A program made the translations under genes and the position numbers. From assembly GCF_008831285.2 (NCBI RefSeq), contig NC_045138.2:25110001-25174000 (forward strand): a stretch of 64,000 nt of DNA, given 5' to 3'. The notes beneath the pieces are model-generated. The model saw only the letters and a program-made list of their open reading frames with translations, ran no database searches and was not told the DNA's origin. Origin of the DNA: Nymphaea colorata. Its lineage: Eukaryota. Shown piece by piece: positions 1 through 14,597 of this stretch (positions are counted from its first letter, which is position 1; every line of letters begins with the position of its first letter).

Positions 1-1499
1 ACCAGCCAGTGTCTCTCCCAAGTCTACGTGGTGCTCTCAAAATTCCACTAGGCGTTCACTTGCAAGAATCTCCACTCTGAATGTTTTGGTGAGATGAGAT
101 TTTTCCTTTTCTAATCCAACTCTATGGGTAACCAATTTCTAAAGTATGACCAAACATGAAATAATCATGTCGTAATAAGTCTCATCGACATTTTAGACAT
201 TGCATATATATATATATATATATCTTGGTCATTCATCTTTCCAAGATGACAGGCCAAAAGAAAATGAAGAAGAAAAATGAGATAATATATTTTAGTCATC
301 TAACATTAACTAACAATTGTTTTTCTATATGATTTTATCTCAGCCATCCATCTTGAAAAAATCAATGGCCAATATGATTCCACATGAATCAGGCGCCTAA
401 TGGTCAGGTACCCACAAATTGAATGGTAACAACACATTTAGTGGACATCAAACCTAAGTCCTTTGATCTGCAATCAAACAATGCGTTGGGTGGACTAGAA
501 TGGGTCCATTCTGGTTCATTTACGTATGGGTTGTTGGGATCCTTGGCAGCTTATGTGAACCAATCGACACCCTTTGTTTCTTTCCTTCATTGTTGATTCT
601 ATAATCTTCATCACTTTTACATCTTTCGTTCTTGGCAAACCAGTAGCTATCAAACCCTCAAACTAGTTGGATTTTCGACGACTTCTGAAATGAGGAAGCT
701 TAATCAAAACTCATTGCCTCTTTTGAAAAGTATCTCAGTCTTGTAAAAGTACAACTATATTTTTATTTTTTTTTTACTTAATATCTACCATATGATCTCC
801 TTTAAAAGGGGACATCTCAAATATACATATAAAAGAGAGAGAGAGAAAAGATATTTACTTTTTGTAACTGGAACTATCATGGCCAGCAGGAAATTGAACA
901 TGAGCAAAACTGCAACGAAAGACGTTTTTATTTACCAAAAGAAAGAAAAGAATTACATGTAAGTGTCAATCTTATGCTACTCACATCAAATTTCGGTATT
1001 AATGAAATCCAATCCTCGGGAAGGGGGATTTAGAACAAAAATCTCCATGATTTTCGCCGATCCACTTCATGACAAAACGCTTGAGGAACGGCTCCGATTG
1101 TTTTGGCCAATTCCCCTGTCTCTATCGTATAAGACGTTGCGGGAGAAACCTACTGCACATATGACGTCAAGCTTAAGTGGGGAGGGAAAGGAGAAGAGGG
1201 TGAGAATCACTGCCCTACCCATTCACGTTACTACTATTAGTATTTTAAGAGCTTTGCCAAGCACTGGTCCCATGGAAAGGCAGCAGAACTCCACATCTTA
1301 ACTAGAAAGTACTGCAATCTTACTCTTTCCCACAGAATTAGAAGATTACTGAGTCTAAAGCTCAGCCATGTAATTCCTTGATTACTTCCTGAAAAAAAAA
1401 GTGTTCCTTGTGCTCCAATACGATGGGACTCTGCACAGTGCAAGCCTTCCACGTAAAGCAACTGGTTCAAATGCAGGTCCCATCCACCTACTCCGAGAA

Positions 1500-1540
<41 letters not shown>

Positions 1541-1626
1541 CTTCCATTATCCGAGCACTATATATATGACCATTGAGAAAGGAAACCAAAGCAAAGAGGG
1601 CTATAACGGGTGGAGCAATGGTAGCC

Positions 1627-3784
1627 ATGGAAGTGAAGCATCTGAACACCACATGGGTCAAGCCAGAAACGAGGCTTCATGGAAAAATACCCCTAACCAT
1701 CTTCGACAGAGCGTCCGCAGATATGCACATAGCGTCGATCCTGGTCTACGACGCCCCCACAGCCAGCAACACCAAGATCAAGCTTGCTCTTGCAAAGGCT
1801 CTCACCTATTACCCAGTGCTAGCTGGGAAGTTGTCCGGCCAGCCCCCGGTCGTCGTCCTCGATGACGAAGCCGGAGCGCCGGTCTCCGAGATGTCGGTGG
1901 AGGGGAATCTCGAAGACTTCCTTCCGTTCAAGCCTACCCCGGAGCTCTCCATCCTCCATCCTTACACCCAAGAGACTAACCCACTGCTCATGGTCCAGCT
2001 TACTAGGTTCGCTTGCGGCGGCCTGGTGCTCGGACTTAGCGCTAACCATGCGGTCGCTGATGGCCAGTCAATGAGCAACTTCTATGTCACCTGGTCTCAA
2101 TTGATCATGGAAAAGGAGGTCAGCCCCATTCCTACACATGGTCGGTCGGTGCTCAGGCCCAGGGACCCACCCATGCCGGAGTACCCACACCAAAATATGG
2201 AGTTCTCCATGTCGCCGCCGAGTGATGATCAACCGCCTGAGATCTACGAGGGCGCCATAGAAAATGTACAGGTCCATTACTCGTATGACTTCATTATGAA
2301 GCTCAAGGAGAGGCCGGAGACGAAGCACAGCACCTTTGAGTGCCTGCTGTCTCACCTGTGGAAGAAAGTAACCGCTGCCCGTGGCCTGGACGACCAAGTC
2401 ATCACCCGTGCCCGCGTGTCCGTGAACGGGCGACCGAGGCTGGGGGTCTCCGGCGATTATTTCGGAAATTTGGTTCTCACTGCATTTCCGGCCGCTAAAG
2501 TGAAGGATCTGGTTCAGGTAAGCTTGCATATGGAAAAGTAAAGCGTGTTGGCCACTAGGAAGTAGGAACTTTGGAGTTCATGAAATTGGATATCGTTTCT
2601 TCTTCTATTTTTCTTTTATCTTTGAAGCAAAGAGTTGGCGTTGACGAGGTGCGTAGAAAGAAAGTGCACGTACTTCTAGATGCTTCACTCACATGAAAAG
2701 AGGAAAGAACGTCACATATTTTAAAGAATATATTATATATACATTCTTGGTGCTAGCCGCCGTGGTGCTTCTAGAAATTTGGCCATCTCTGAATAGTCCT
2801 CCAACAATCCCCCCCACTAGGCTTGTTGCATATTGCTTTTTGGTTTTATATTGAAAAGTAAAGCAGCCAATAGCCAAGGATCGCCAAATTAGCTGTAGAT
2901 CTATTAAACCACTACACGTAAAACTCTAATGCTAGGGTTCTTTTACAAGTTACATGACATTCCAAGTCCCCAAAATAAATGATCTTGTCCATGTTCTATA
3001 TCCACCGAGACAAGAAGAAAGAAAAGTTCTTGCAATAATTCAAGCACGAAAGTGTCGTCGACGGCCATGTCCAAGTCCAAATTATACCAAACGGCTGCTG
3101 AGGTCAGAAGATGGGTACCGGTTCATGAATCTGGTTTCAGTCTGCTGAATAATGAAAAACATCCAATATCATGAGATTCACAGATTGGCAAAGATATTTC
3201 TACATTAAGCTGCTGTCTTTCTTTCTTTCGCTATATATTTCCCCATCACTTGTATTCTTCTTTTGCATATATATAGGCGGGGAAAACATATATACATATA
3301 TTGCAATTAAAAAAAAAAAAAAAAATCTAACCTTTCAGATGAGTGGACAATTCGGTGCATTACATTAATTTTTTGGATTTTCTGGTTGCAGGAGGATGTA
3401 GGTTATGGTGCAAGGTTGATCAAGGAAGCTGTGGGGCAAACTGGGAGCGAGTATTTCCAGTCTTTCGTCGACTTTGGGGAACTTTACAAAGACAAGGCAC
3501 TCTACCCTTCAGCAGGTCCAGACGGCGCCACTTTGTCGACTGACTTGGAGGTGGATAGCTGGCTGGGCTTCCAATTTCACCAAGTGGACATGGGTGGAGG
3601 TGCACCCCGCCTCTTCATGCCTTCCTGGATACCCGTTGAAGGTCTCGCCATAATCGCCCCCACGCCCTCGCCGGAAAAAGCTGCCGGCCCCAGTGACAGA
3701 TGGAGAAGCGGCGTCGACATCACTGTGACCCTCCTTCCAGAGCATGCTGCCGCCTTCGAAAAGATTGCTTACTCCATAGACTGA
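1627..3784 (+). CDS. BAHD acyltransferase, agmatine/tryptamine hydroxycinnamoyltransferase-like (copy 1), 2 exons, 427 aa
   Basis: Exons 1627-2517 (CAG|gtaagc) and 3392-3784 (ttgcag|GAG), phase 0. Motifs: HAVADG (HXXXD), YFGN, DLEVDSWLGF, DMGGG at the DFGWG position. Start chosen by alignment to the paralog starts (MEVK/MELK/MEVT); an in-frame ATG also exists at 1618. Confidence 0.93.
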
Positions 3785-6700
3785 ATATGATATATCTTCA
3801 TGTTTCATGTTTCGTGTTTCTTTTCTAATCTTTTCCAGTGTCATCTTGGCTTTAGCCAGTGAAGTCCGCAGAAGCTTTCATAATCCGTCCCATATGAACA
3901 TTGACCTGAGGATGACAGAGCAAACGCAACTTTAATTCTCAGAAGATGATAGTGTAATTTTTACTATTATCTTCTTTCTATCTCTTTGTCTTCTAATCCA
4001 ATCCCCAAAACCCCAATGAATCAAGTAGAAAAGAGAAAAAATATCTCACCTGATAAGAAAGAATTGATGGAATTGATGAGTGTTGACTTTGATTGAGAGT
4101 TACTGCTTGAGCTTGATGTTGGTAGCAGTTGTCCTATCTTCTCTCTCTCTTTCTCCCTGGTTGTGGTTGCGCGTCTCTCTCTCTCTCTCGCCATCTCTTT
4201 CTTGTCTGTTTTTTTCTGTGACTTAAGTCAATAATTGAGAAGCAAAAGGAAAAGCGAGTGAGAATGAAAGCAAGTAGAAATAAGTCACAAGGTGATAAAA
4301 GAATATTCAAATAAAAAAAGCCATCATTTCTCACCGCGGAGGGTCGATCTATGCAAATGTCACGTCTCGTGTTTGCGTGAATTTTAGATCGACGCTGCAA
4401 CTGTCCGATCAATTGGGATGTGGGATTTGTATAGCTGACTATTTTGCAGTCTGTTCCTGCTTTCTGGCAGTTAATTTTCTTAGAACATTTTTGTAATTTT
4501 CAAACAAGCAAATTTTCCTTTTTTTTTGGTTTTCTGACTTCATCCTTATCCTTATAAGGATGGCTCTTTTGTTTTTGTTTTTGTTTTTTAACTGGTGCTA
4601 TTTTAGGTTAAGGAGGTGGTGGCATTTATTATTATTTTTTGAAAGCTATGTACATTTTAGTTTTTTTAATATTTTCATAATTCACTTTCTCAAAAATCAT
4701 TTTTATTCGTTTTTATGAAGATATTTTAGTCGTTAAACACTCTATGCATACAAGGAGTTATAGTGCTCCTTAATTTAGTCCTTCGGCCCTAAAACTTTTT
4801 TAAAGATACTTTCAAGTTTTTCAAAAGATTAACTTGTCAATTTACAATTTTGTCTTTACAAGAGAGAGTGAGGCAAGTGGTACATAGGGATAAAAAATGA
4901 CCAAAATACTTTTTATAAAAATAATAAAAAGAAATTTTTAAAAAAGGTAAAAAAATTGTAAAAAAGTAAAAATGTCTAAATTGTTCACTCTTTTATAAAA
5001 AATTTTACATATGCTCCCTCTCCTTTTTTTTATACATATTTGTTGCGTGCACTCTTCTGTGCACCCACAACTCAAATCTCCTAATTCATTGTTTGGCCCC
5101 GCCCCGGCCTGTTTGTGATGTGTGTTTTTTTTTTTTTTTAATGTTCCGGTGACTATGAGTTTGCCGGACCTTTCACGGGTCGGGTAAGGACCGAAACAGT
5201 CCTAATCAAGGATGAGCAAATACTTTATGAGCTAATTTTAAATGGCCACGCGGCGTCGCATTTTGTCTCCAAACTTTTAAAATATCATTTACATGCGGTT
5301 TGAGAAACATGCGTCTCTAACTAAAGATAAAATAAAATAAAATTTTCAACTTCAGAATATGACAAGAATTTAATTGTTCAATTTTGATTCAAGTCGACTC
5401 AACCATGAACAATTGCACCTGCACGACCAAATCTGATATTTTAAAGATGCTTGTGTACAAGCTTGCCCTATTGGATTCTAAAAAAGAAGTTTTGCTTTCA
5501 AAACTTAGGTAGGAAAAACGTATAAATCCTAGCTAAGTGCGTTGCAGACGAAAACCTGACAAAAACAATGGCAGATTATGCAAAGGGACGCCATCAAATA
5601 AAGAAGCCTAGATTAATATTGCTATATATTTTGAAACTATCTTAAAAAATTTTAGCAGTATTTGCGCCTATCGGATCATCTTTGGATCAAACCCTTTTTT
5701 TTTTGAAGGGTAGCGACAACTAAAGGTGAACAACGGACTGGGTACTCCATGGGTAGTTGAGTACTCAACCAGGCCAGGCTTGGGTTGGTTGGTTGGCACC
5801 TACTCTCGCCCGATAATAAAAGTTGCCGGGCCGGGCAGTCCCAAATCGACTATTGGAGAACCGACTGGGCTGTATATACTAGAAATCGGCTCACTTAATT
5901 GGTAAATTGTCAATGAGTAAGAGTCGAAATATAATTTTTCAAAATTTTCATATAAAACAAGTGAAATTTTATAAAATTTACATGTATTTTTTTTTTTCAT
6001 TTTTTTGAAGGGAGGCCGGCACCCCTGCGGGCCCCTGGTTCCACCCCTGGCAATGACTATCTTAAAAACTCTTCATGTGCTGTTAATGACACACTTAAAA
6101 GCTATTTGTGTGTCACCAATGACACCTTTATACATCACTCAGGGTTTTTAAATATTAAAATATGACATGTAGGTTTCAAGTGAGTGGACATTGAATTGGG
6201 TACCCCATGGGGATAAAGTCTATGTTGGCCCAATAACTAAGTGAACCGTGCTTGGGTTGCCTGCAAGGACTTTGGGCCACCCCGAGCCCAACTTTGTAGA
6301 GCTTTGGGATGAGCCATCCTGACCCCGTGCCAAGCCTTAGCGACAACTCTTCGGATTCGCGACCTCTCTCACTCTTTTTCACTCGAACATCTCACCTGCA
6401 ATTTCAGTCGCCCATGGGATCTCAGGGATTGAATTTTTGATCTCCCAAAAAAAAAAAAAACTTGAAACTTAGTTTTGCTAATGTTTCACAGAAATACTAA
6501 TTAACATTCATCTCCATTCATTATCTTTCTCTATTTTTTGTTAAACAAGCTTAGAATTGAGTTCATTTTCAGCCACATATGTGTGCCATAATAAGCCAAA
6601 TTTGTGCCCGTCATGATTGACCCATTTAACCTAAAGGCCATTCAACCACAGCGGCTTTGCCACTATTAAGTTGTCGAGTCTGCCATGGATTGGTGGTGAC

Positions 6701-7102
6701 TTAAATGGAGTTTTGTGAGTTGGAAGGCAGATGGGTAGCTCTTGAAAAGGCATATTCCTGGGGGTGCTCAGATAAAGAATGCTTCGTCTAGCCAAGTATT
6801 TTCCGCAATGAACAGACAATGTCCTTTATCTTTGGTTTAGAAATAGTTCCCAAACTAGCTAAAGCTTGGTGATGAGGAGTAGGGTGTTAGAGTGCCATGA
6901 ATGAATGAATGAAGAATAAGCATCAACTTGCAAAAATAGAGAGAAATTAATAAAAATTCAGAAAAAAATCATGACTAATGTGTTCTGTGTATAAAAACAC
7001 ATTACACATAATCAACATTCATGATCCATAAGCCATAATATGTTACCAGCACATTAAGAATAAATTAATAAGGTGTACTTGATTTTAGAACGCTTCTCTT
7101 AT

Positions 7103-7266
7103 TAGGGCTGGGCATCGGGCCGGGGCAAGCTAGCCCGGCCCATTAAAAAATCCAAAGATGAGCCCGATTACTGTATTGGACCAGCCCGATACCCGGCCTG
7201 TTAATAATCGGGCCGGGCCGGGCCGAGAATTAATCGGGCCCGGCCTGGCCCGATTGGCCAGCCTGA
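7103..7266. mobile_element. hAT-type MITE
   Basis: Imperfect TIRs tagggctgggcatcgggcc / ggcccgattggccagcctga; perfect 8-bp TSD TCTCTTAT (7095-7102, 7267-7274); internal GGCCCG repeats. Confidence 0.85.
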
Positions 7267-7445
7267 TCTCTTATCTTAATGAGAATGGGAGCTTCCACTG
7301 AGATTTATGTTCAATCAGTACATGGGTCCACTTTTAGCGGAGGATATATATATTTTTCATATTTTATTGTTAGCTATTTACTTTCAACAAGGTCTGGTGA
7401 GGACACTCATTCAATATCTTTAATTTGTATAATAGTTAAATATAT

Positions 7446-7489
<44 letters not shown>

Positions 7490-8034
7490 ATTTTGTGAGG
7501 CTGGTGTGGCGTGGACAAACACCAGCTGGCTCCAACACTGGCTGCTTGGATTACGGTGTCCTTGTTGACATACTCCGTCAACCTAACCTCATTAACGTTC
7601 AGCTTCTTTTTGAATTTATTTAACAAATTTGGCGTCAAATGCTTGACCTGCAATCAGTTCTCTACATGTTTTTGGTGCGAGCATAAAGATTGGTTCACTG
7701 CAAAAAATGTTGCTTCAATTAGGGGTGGAGAGCTGCAAATTTGTTTTTATAGGGCACTAAATATATAATTAACAAATTTTCAATTGATTTTGGGTAACAA
7801 CCCTGGTCTCGGTCTCGTAGAGCTTTTCCATATAATTGGACCCAAGTCCACTGAAATCCAATATATAAATTCAAAGTTTCATATCGACCCCTATCCGAAA
7901 ATGGTTTTTCTTTTTTCTTGGGCTCCTTTTAAGTTCTTTGAGAAGCATTTTCAGCCCTGACAATTTTGAGGCAGCTCCTGCAAGCGCTTTTGTCCGTTTC
8001 AAAGCCGAAGATATAACGTTCGGACCTGTGCCCA

Positions 8035-8340
8035 TCAATCATGTAGGCATCTTGGCCAGTCTACGTCAGAATACTTTGAGAGAAAGTTGCTAGACTTTGA
8101 GATGTGGAGACAAATGTTTAAAGAGTACCCTTTCATGTGTGATCTTAGTATATGTTTCACATTGATCCAGTAGACATTTCTCGGTTTACGCATGAACTTG
8201 GATGCTTTATTGACCAAAAGTTTGGATCCTCATGCTTAGACGATGTGACATTTGTTGCAGTAGGCATGATTGTGGGTTTAAAGACAATCAAATTGGCCAA
8301 AAGATCTTGCATGCAGGTACCCATTTGAAGATCAGCCAAA
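8035..8340 (-). mobile_element. Old copia RT/RNase H remnant
   Basis: Translation VNKASKFMRKPRNVYWINVKHILR...LHISKSSNFLSKYSDVDWPRCLHD resembles the copia VKRILRYLKGT...YSDADWAGC region. Confidence 0.7.
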
Positions 8341-10525
8341 ATTCCATCTTGGGGATGCTTAATTAAACTAGTTCATAGCACCGGAGTTTCAGTTTTATTT
8401 AATCCAATCTAATTTATATATTAAGAAACATCATGTTTATCAAACTTTCAGTTGTTATGAATGTAAATATCATATCCATATGATAGATTTTGTAAAAATA
8501 TCAACAAAAATGTTAATATTGGCCCGTCTGCATGGATACATACCATATGGGACTACAAGTGTTGCAGACAAATTACATTACAAATGCGACATACAACATA
8601 ACGCTTACACATTGATATTTAAGCAGGAAAAGGGCTCTAACCTTCTGTTTCATGTGGAAAGGAATTTTTGCCATTTTTTAGTCATGGTTGCCGGGCTTGG
8701 ACAGCCTGATTCTGACTTTGTCAAGCCTTAGGCCAGGTAACGCCTGACCTGCCCCGTCCAATGTCCTGCCTTAGTAAGAGACTAGAACCGGTCCATTTAT
8801 ATTCTTAATTGACTTGGACTCCTTAACAAGCCTTATCTTATTGCGCAGAAAACATGGGTTGCCAGTTGCGACAGAACATCAAGGGAGGGCGGCCGCTATT
8901 TATGGAGGCTGAGCCAATGTCGTAATTGAAGTTTGAAATGTTGACCTGTGACCTTGCGTTGATTCCATATACGACAGCCATATTATTGACGCATGAAATG
9001 TTTTCCAGAGATGTTTTCATTTTTTAGGACCTTAACTTTTCTATGACTTTAAACATTAAGTCCATGTATTTAAATTATAAGAATCTGGGATATACACCTT
9101 ACCATATTTGATTAATGGACTACAGGATTCATCTTAAGCTCCGATGCATTTTTACCATCAGCGATTCCTTTACTGCCAGTAATCAATGTCTGTGTTCACT
9201 CCTTTTGATTCGTATTGCTATGCCATACTCGGATTTGGTTGTTGGTTCAGCCTTTGAGAATTCGAATCCGACTTTTAAATAAACAACTGAATCCAAACTT
9301 CATTACCATTTGCTAAGAACCAATTTTCATCGTATATGAATGTGAGATATTTATTTGAATCCGATGGGATGTGACTTAGTAAGTTCAGGTCATTCTGATT
9401 TCTTAATAACTGGATGTTAAATTAATTTCCTTTCAACATTAAACGGCCTCAAGATTTGGTCGTCGAGAAAATTTGTGGGTTTCAACAATATTGTCTCCGA
9501 AGTTAAAAAATGGTTTCTCTTATACTTTTTATGACAAAGCATATCACTATTCTTTCGTAATCCCTTGAACTGATTCCGTAACTTGGATCTAAGAAGCAAG
9601 CTTAGAAATAAAGTTGTATTGGGTGGTGGTTTATAAAAGTACTGAGGTTTGTAATCAAGAATAAACGGAAGGAGGCTTTTAGTGAAAATTATAATAAAAA
9701 TGGTTTATTAAATAATGAAGATTTCTCCATTTCATATTGGAGCATACCTACCAACCTACCACCCCAGCAATTAAAGCTTCTGCTTTTCTTATGGCCCTAT
9801 TCTCCTGCCGTCCACTACCAGCTGCATGGGTTATTTAATGGCAAACAGACGACGGACTGCCTTAAAGCGATGATACAGGCTGCCGATGTCCACAAAATAT
9901 TTAGGCAAAGCTTATGCATGCATCATTGATTGAAGCCAAAAGAATTGACTCACGAGCTTTCTCTACCTTTCTCATATTCAGTTGTAGGGCTGTTTCAGAG
10001 GCGGAAGAAAAAATTCTCTCTCCTTCTCTCAAATTCATTTATGGTTAGTTTGGAGGGAGAAAGGATGATCTCCCTCTCCCTCTCTCTCTCTATCATATTC
10101 ATTTATGGGTTTGGTTTGGAGGGGATAAGAATGATCTCTCTCTCTCTAACTTTTTGAATTGCAGAGGAGTTGTGGCCGCCATCCACCTGCTCCTTCTTAG
10201 ACTTTAGACGAGCTCCAATTTTACGGGGGAGACGACTTTAATGGTAAAAGTAACACACTATTATGGCCTCATGTTTTATAAATATGCCCCAAAAATGGGG
10301 TATATAAAGTGTTTCATGAATCTTTAAGCATATTTATGGGACCGTGTAATTGTTACTAAACTAGCCCTTAATGTACTTGCACTCTTAAACACCTTCCAAA
10401 GATCTGGCAACCACTAGAAGGATTTGTTTAATATATGTGGAGACATTTTCTTTCATTGCAGCCCTTGTTAAGCCTGAAATATGTTCTTACACCTCACTAG
10501 TTAATGATATTCTTCAGCATGTAGG

Positions 10526-10719
10526 CAGGGGCAAAGTTAAGGGGGGCTGCAGGGATCATCGCCCCCCCTTAATTTTTTTTTTTAAAATTTACATATAATT
10601 TTAGAAAATTTCAGTTGTTTAATATACAAATTTTAAAAAATAATATTTTGGTCTCTGTCAAAATTTAGAAACTTTAATTCGACCTCTTTCATGAAAAATT
10701 TCTAGCTCTGCCCCCACTG
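10526..10719. mobile_element. Degenerate MITE of the CAGGGGC type
   Basis: caggggcaaag...ctctgcccccactg; related decayed pieces at ~5915-6049 and ~43165-43337. Confidence 0.55.
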
Positions 10720-11958
10720 ATCTCTTTGATACTAAGTTGGTATCTTTCTTCCTTGTCAAGTTTTGCAGCAACTTGGTTCCATGAGAGCGTGAAGTGAAAG
10801 CACCCAAGTGTTTGATGTTGATCTTTTTCTCTCTTTTCGGTCAAGTGGGTGCCTTCTTGCTTGTCAAAATATTTTGCAGCATGGTTCGGTTCAGTGAGTG
10901 GATGAAGGTGAAAGCTAAGTAGGAGGATCTTGGAGAATTCTTTGGAGAGAAAATATCGTATGGCGTAGCTAATGTTTCTGCAAACTTCACATGAGAGAAA
11001 TATTAAAAAACAACAAAAAGAGGATGAATTTATGATCTTTGATATTTATTTGTTGTAAATAACATACTTTAAAGGAATAGTTTTTTCCAATTTTGTGCGA
11101 AATGAATATGTTCCTCCTTTTCTTTACAAGGATATAAGCAGACAGTAATGTCCCGAGAACTTGAGTCTAGAATGTCCAAAGTTTTTTCAGAGAACTATTA
11201 CGAAGTACAATATGTCGACTTGTTGCATGTGTGTATTAATAGAGAGTTCGATCGAGTCCCGAGTCAAAAACGACGAAAAGAATGCGCTCGCAATTCCAAG
11301 TTCGTGGCTGAAAGTAGACATGTTTGATTTTGAAGACTATATTGGCGATTAATCATTAATATTAAGCTCCTCATTATTCATGACAGTGGATACACAACAA
11401 TTACAAATGCTAACTATTAATTTCTTTAACTGATGAAGATTAATCACAATACAAATTTCAGCGAATCTATAACCACCACGAGATTGTTAGTTTCAGTTGA
11501 ATTATTGATGCTTAATTAGTTTCATAATTCATCCAGAGTACTCATGGAGACATTAGACAAAAATAATAATAATAATAAAAATAAAAACTAAAGAATAAGA
11601 TCTGTTATTAGCCTCCCTGACATCAAAATGGAGTTGCGGTCTCCCCCAGATAAGTAAGCCTCAGCCACTTGATTCTAAATATATTAAAAATGTTTCCGAT
11701 AATTATGTGCAAATCTACTAGATTTTTCTTGTAGAATAACTTTACAAGTGTCTTCAATTCGTACCAAGCAATTTATTGCTTTCATATCTAAGGTCAGAGG
11801 ACTATTTAAAAAAAAAAAATCATGGTCCACCGCTATTGATCTTGGACTCTCTCAAGTTTTCAACACATACGTCTCCACTATAAATTGGACGTCATCACAC
11901 TGAGGAAACAAACTCAACCACACATCTTTGCTTTCCCTTCTTCCTCCTCATCGATCAT

Positions 11959-11966
11959 TATAAATA
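11959..11966 (+). promoter_or_regulatory. TATA box candidate, BAHD copy 2
   Basis: TATAAATA ~150 bp upstream of ATG 12114, followed by a CT-rich tract. Confidence 0.55.
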
Positions 11967-12113
11967 ATAGGCAAACGATCGAATCGATCAATCACTCTCC
12001 CTCTTTCTCTTTGCAAAAAGACAAAAAAAAAAAAAAGTGGGGAGGGGTTTACCTATACAGTACGTAGTGAAGAGAAACCAAGTTCAAGTAAGCTGCCAAA
12101 ATCTCCCGCAGCC

Positions 12114-13424
12114 ATGGAATTGAAGTACCAGAGCACCACAATAGTCAAGCCGGAAGGGATTCTCCATAAGAAAGTACCCCTCACCATCTTTGACAAAGCA
12201 GCCGCAGATCTTCACATACAAGTGCTCCTAGTCTACAAACCAGGCACTGCAAGCAACGCCAAGATCAAGGATGCCCTCTCCAAGGTCCTCACCCACTACC
12301 CCATGTTGGTCGGAAAATTGTCCGGAGACAAATTCCCCGCCGTCTACCTCGATGACGAGTCAGGGGTGCCAGTTACCGAGACAGCCGTGGCCGGCGACCT
12401 CGATGACTTCCTGCCGCTCGAGCCCAGCCCGGCCCTGGCCGTCCTCAGTCCGGAAGCACAAGGCACGAACCCACTGTTTCTGGTCCAGCTCAATCGTTTC
12501 GACTGCGGCGGCCTGGTGATGGGGGTCAGCTGCAACCACAAGATTCATGACGGGCAGGCCATCAGCAACTTCTTTGTGTCATGGTCGGAGATGGTCCGGG
12601 ACCAACCGGTTCGGGTGCTGCCCATCCATGACCAGTCCCTGCTGAGACCCAGGAGCCCACCGACGCCAGATTTCCCCCATGAAGAGATGGAGTTCTGCAA
12701 TGTGGCAGAACTTGATGATCATGATGCACCACCTCCTAAGATGCTGGATGGCCCCATAGAGAACGTTGTGGTGCACTACAGTAGCGAGTTCATAAGGAAG
12801 GTGAAGGAGAGGGTGGGCTCGAAGCACAGCACTTTCGTCTGCATGCTAGCACACCTGTGGAAGAAGGTGACGGTGGCTCGTGGGCTTGGGGGGGAGGAGG
12901 CGACGAGTGCCAAGGTGTCCGTGAGTGGCCGGCCGAGGCTGGGCATTCCTGGAGCCTACTTTGGCAACCTGGTCCTCACTGCCTTCCCTTCTGCCAAGGC
13001 CATAGATTTGGTGCAGGTGAGGTTTTTATTTGAATATAGCTGGCAATTACCAAGTCCCTATCATGTCATCTCTTTGTAAACAAAAGAGCAAGATCCCGTC
13101 GAAGTGGGTTATCCCATGCATATTACATTAGCGTTGTCGTGATCAACTTTTTCATCGTTCACGCACCAGGTTTTCAACAAAGTAAACAAGGATTATGTAG
13201 ATAAATTATCAGAGACCCACACGAACTGAATTCAAAATTCACAAGTTGTTGCCAGTAAAACTATTTTTTCAAGATTAAAGTAGTTTTCATTCATTTCTCC
13301 ATAAATTTTTTCTGTAAATTAAATATAAATAAAATTTATCAATATAATCAATGTACAGAACTTTATGTTAACTTAATTTACATATTCTATATTCTCTTTC
13401 CCTCTCTCGTGTATGGATAAAAGT

Positions 13425-13455
<31 letters not shown>

Positions 13456-13695
13456 TCAAACCAATCTATAAGCGAGACCAATTTTTTATATATATATATA
13501 CGTTGGTGTAAAATGTTCAAGCCAATCTATAAGCGAGACCGATTTTTTAGGTCTTTCCATTTTTCTATAATCTACTAATTACGTAATGGAAAAAATAATA
13601 TTGAAAAAGAACAATTAAAAAAAGGAAAAGAAAAAAGCAGCTGATAAAATGAGGGAAAAAGGTTGAAAAAACCAGCCGGGAAATGTGACTAGTTC

Positions 13696-13743
<48 letters not shown>

Positions 13744-14597
13744 AAAATGTGGGAGAATAAAACTTTAATTGACGTTCACAGGTGTATTGTACCCCACTTA
13801 AGTTTCGATGGAACCCCGACCTCAAAGACATGGACTTCAAGTCTTTTTTGAATGATGGGTTGTTAACTTCCTGATCAGCTAAAACTATGTGAAAAACTTG
13901 TTTTAGGGTCAACCAATATGCCTTCATTATTGATAGTTTTCATAATTGGAGTTATAGTTGAGAAAAGCATGCATCGATGGTAATGGATGAGGCCGGAATT
14001 TTATCATTTTCGTGGGTGTTTCAAACTTTTATCTAGATTCCTCCCTTTTCAAGGATTTAAAAATCTGCAACTTATTTTGGGTCCCAGAATATCTGTGCTT
14101 TCTTGTCTACTCTTAAATAATAGTCCAAAAAAAATTGAAGTTCCTGTTAATATGTATCATGAACAGCCGGGCCACATCGTTTTAATGGCAATTTCCAATT
14201 GCAGGAACCTTTGGGGTACATAGCGGATTTGATCAGGGAAGCTGTGGAGAAGGTTGGGAGCGACTACTTCCAATCAGTCATAGACTTCGGAGAACTCAAC
14301 AAGGACAAGGAACTCTACCCTTCAGTGGGCATGGGAGGCAACACACTGTGCCCGGACTTGGAGGTGGATAGCTGGTTGGGGTTTCAGTTTCACGAACTGG
14401 ACATGGGGGGAGGGGCACCCTGCGCCTTCCTGCCCACCTGGATTCCTGTGGAGGGCATCCTCATAATGATGCCTTCCCCCCTGAAGAACAAAGAACAAAA
14501 GTCTGATCAGAGGTGGGGAGCAGGCATAGATGTGATTCTCACTCTTTCTGCGGAGCACGCCAAAGCTTTCAAGCAGATTGCTCACTCGCTTGATTGA
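12114..14597 (+). CDS. BAHD acyltransferase, agmatine/tryptamine hydroxycinnamoyltransferase-like (copy 2), 2 exons, 431 aa
   Basis: Exons 12114-13016 (CAG|gtgagg) and 14205-14597 (ttgcag|GAA). Motifs: HKIHDG, YFGN, DLEVDSWLGF, DMGGG. Same intron position as copy 1. Confidence 0.93.

Noticed and set aside
2518..2541. ORF-track C-termini of the BAHD exon-1 ORFs (also 13017-13079 and 37685-37801)
   Set aside because: Read-through into introns; the true frames continue in exon 2.
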